Assembly (NCBI RefSeq): GCF_009914755.1
Contig: NC_060936.1
Length of the DNA stretch: 64,000 bases
Reading direction: 5' to 3' (one strand)
Source: the human T2T-CHM13v2.0 reference genome, Homo sapiens
The notes beneath the pieces are model-generated. The model worked only from the letters and a program-made list of their open reading frames with translations. It was not told the origin of the DNA and did no database searches. The position numbers and the translations under genes were made by a program. Shown here in pieces: positions 61,465 to 64,000 of this stretch (the first letter of the stretch is position 1; each line of letters starts with the position of its first letter).

Positions 61465-62820
61465 TCTACACCAAAAGCACAAGCAACAAAAGAAAGAATA
61501 GATACATTGGATTTTGTTTTGTGCTTCCAAGAACACCACCACCAAGAATGTGGAAAAAAAAAAAAAAACCCACAGAATGGGGAAAAATACTTGCAAATAA
61601 AATCTCTAATAAAAGACATATCTAAATACATAATGAACTATTATAATTGAACAATAAAATGTCAAATAACCCAATTTTCAAATGAGCAATGGATTTGAAT
61701 AGACATTTCTCCAAAGAATATATATAAATGGCTAAAAGCACATGAAAAGACGCTTGTTTGACATCTTCATTTCAACAGTAGGAAAATGCAAATCAAAGCA
61801 ACATTGAGCTCTATCCACTACAATGGCTAAAATGAAAAAGAAAAGCATTGACGTTGGTGAGGATGTGGAGAAATTGGAACCGTTTATGTTGCTGGTTGGA
61901 TTGTAAAATGGTGCAGTCCCTTTGGAAAACCACTTGGGAGTTCCCAAAAATGTTAACTATGAAGTTACCAATTCCAGGGGCCGGGCGCGGTGGCTCACGC
62001 CTGTAATCCCAGCACTTTGGGAGGCCGAGGCGGGTGGATCACGAGGTCAGGAGATCGAGACCATCCTGGCTAACACGGTGAAACCCCGTCTCTACTAAAA
62101 ATACAAAAAAATTAGCCGGGCACGGTGGCAGGTGCCTGTAGTCCCAGCTACTCAGGGGCGCTGAGGTAGGAGAATGGTGTAAACCTGGGAGGCGGAGCTT
62201 GCAGTGAGCCAAGATCGCGCCACTGCACTCCAGCCTGGGAGACAGAGCGAGACTCTGTCTCAAAAAATAAAAAAAATTAAAAAAAATAAAGTTACCAGTT
62301 CCACTCCTGGATATATACCCAAGAAAGCTGAAGACATATTTTCATACAAAAATTTGTACATGAATGTTCATAGCTTCCATTAGCCAAAAAGTGGAAGCAA
62401 CCCAAATGTCCATCAACTGATGAATGATGAATGGATAAGGAAAATGTAGTATAGCCACACAATGGAATATTATTCCACTATAAAAATAAAGCAAGTATTG
62501 ATACATGGATGAACCTTAAAAACATTATGCTAAGTGAGAGAAAGTCAGGCAACAAGGCCATATACTGTATGATTCCGTGTATATGAAGTGTCCAGAATAG
62601 GCAAATGTATAGATACAGAAAGTAGACTCGTTGCTAGGAGCTGAGGGTGAGAGAATGGGAATAATTGCTAAGGGATGTGAAGTTTATTTTTGGAGTGATG
62701 ATAATGTCCTAAAATCAGAGGCGATGTTTGCATAACTCTGTGAATATACTAAAAGTGAATATACGAATTCACTGAATTAGTGAATTTTATAGCATAATTA
62801 TATTTCAATCAATCTTCATA
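61465..62820 (+). mobile_element. L1MB-type 3' fragment split by an AluY-like element (61979-62290)
   Basis: acaccaaaagcacaagcaacaaaag ... acccaaatgtccatcaactgatgaatg; Alu TSD AAGTTACCA(A/G)TTCCA. Confidence 0.88.
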
Positions 62821-64000
62821 AAACTAGCAGTTCTAATTCTAGTAATCAAAAAGAGGAAAGAGAAATGAATGCAATTATTTTTTTAATTTGGCTGCTGGTA
62901 CTGGAGAAAAAAAACAGTTCCAATTAGAAAAAAAAAAAGATGAATTATTCAGTAGGAATACTAAAGTGGATTTCCAAAGGCTTTAGAAATTGATGGCACT
63001 AGTTCTTTAACATCTGTAGTTTCAATTCAAAGTGTATTTCTTATCCAAGTTATCATAAACCTTAATCTTAACTCTTGGCCACAGTTAAGTTTAATTTGGA
63101 GCATGTCAGTGGAAATTAGGAGAGGGGAGACAAAGAATGTGAGAGGGATGACTAATTTTTCCAAAGGGTAGAAAAAAAATAAAGGAGGATGATAAAGAAT
63201 ATTTATGAGCTGATATGAGCTATGGAAGTGTGAAGGACATGTGGATTGGGGCGTGTGCTCAGAGTCCCTTAACGGGAAAAAAAGAAGACAATGGGAAGTA
63301 AGCCTCCTGGGACTTCCATTGGCACCAAGTGTCTCAATGGCTCTCTCTGCTGTCCTTGTAGTAGTGTGGGAGGAGAGAAATCTAGTCCCATGCACAAGCT
63401 TTCCAGAAGCTCAGGGTTCCTATCTCAGTATTCCACATTTCATATGAGTACATCTCATCTTCCCAACTAAACTGCAAATCTGTAAGGGTGAGATCATGTT
63501 TTTATGATGGCTCCTTTAATCTCCCATAGCTCCCATTCCTCTACATAACACCATAGATGTTCAGCCAGTACTTGTAGAACGGTGAATGAATCGATCAAAT
63601 GAATGAATAGCAACTCTATCTACAAGGCATGCCAAACAAGCTACCACGAGATTCTGATTTACTCCTTGGCTCTTTGTGCTCTCTGTGGAGCACCATTCAC
63701 ATAGTTACCCTGCAGTCCTGCAACCTCACCCATTCTGTAGCACTTTGAAAGGAGAGAGTTGTAACCTTCATAGTCATTGACCTTTCAGTACCCACTTTTA
63801 TTACATTTTAAATACACCCTTGAAGCCCTCCCATCTTCAAGAAAAGATCCAGCCTGTTAGCTCTGGGTGTGTAACGTAAGACCTTAGCTGATGTTTTCCT
63901 TGCAGGCATACCAAGAATGCCAGTCACCTCTCCAAACCCTCCCCGAAACTAACATGGTCTCCTGAGCCTCGGGTCACGCCTGGGATAGAGCAGAGTTAGC

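Overview
Primate (human-like) genomic DNA, dense in Alu, L1 and LTR repeats, containing the 5' and central part of BCL2L14 (BCL-G) on the + strand. There are two or three alternative non-coding first exons (~36.0-37.6 kb) and coding exons at 44421-44853, 52327-52500, 55894-55964 and 59783-60049. An alternative acceptor at 59630 gives the 252-aa BH3-only short isoform. The last coding exon of the long isoform lies beyond the window. Upstream is a ~5.6-kb env-deleted HERV-H provirus (23594-29193, same strand as the gene) inserted into an Alu, and a MER41-family LTR with two intact tandem GAS motifs ~2 kb before the promoter. The promoter carries its own GAS, ISRE, kB and CRE/PAR-type motifs. Other notable signals: a tailless 5'-half tRNA-Lys(UUU) retrocopy with a 17-bp TSD, a perfect G-rich 30-bp VNTR, a template-switch palindrome in an Alu, inverted Alus tightly flanking the start-codon exon, and an ancient CR1/L3 element fragmented over ~13.6 kb. 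Nearly all other ORFs in the track are repeat-derived artefacts. Repeat family names come from my recall of consensus sequences, and repeat boundaries are approximate. I see no wholly new gene system; the best candidate for something undescribed is retroviral (MER41 / LTR7) wiring of BCL2L14 regulation.
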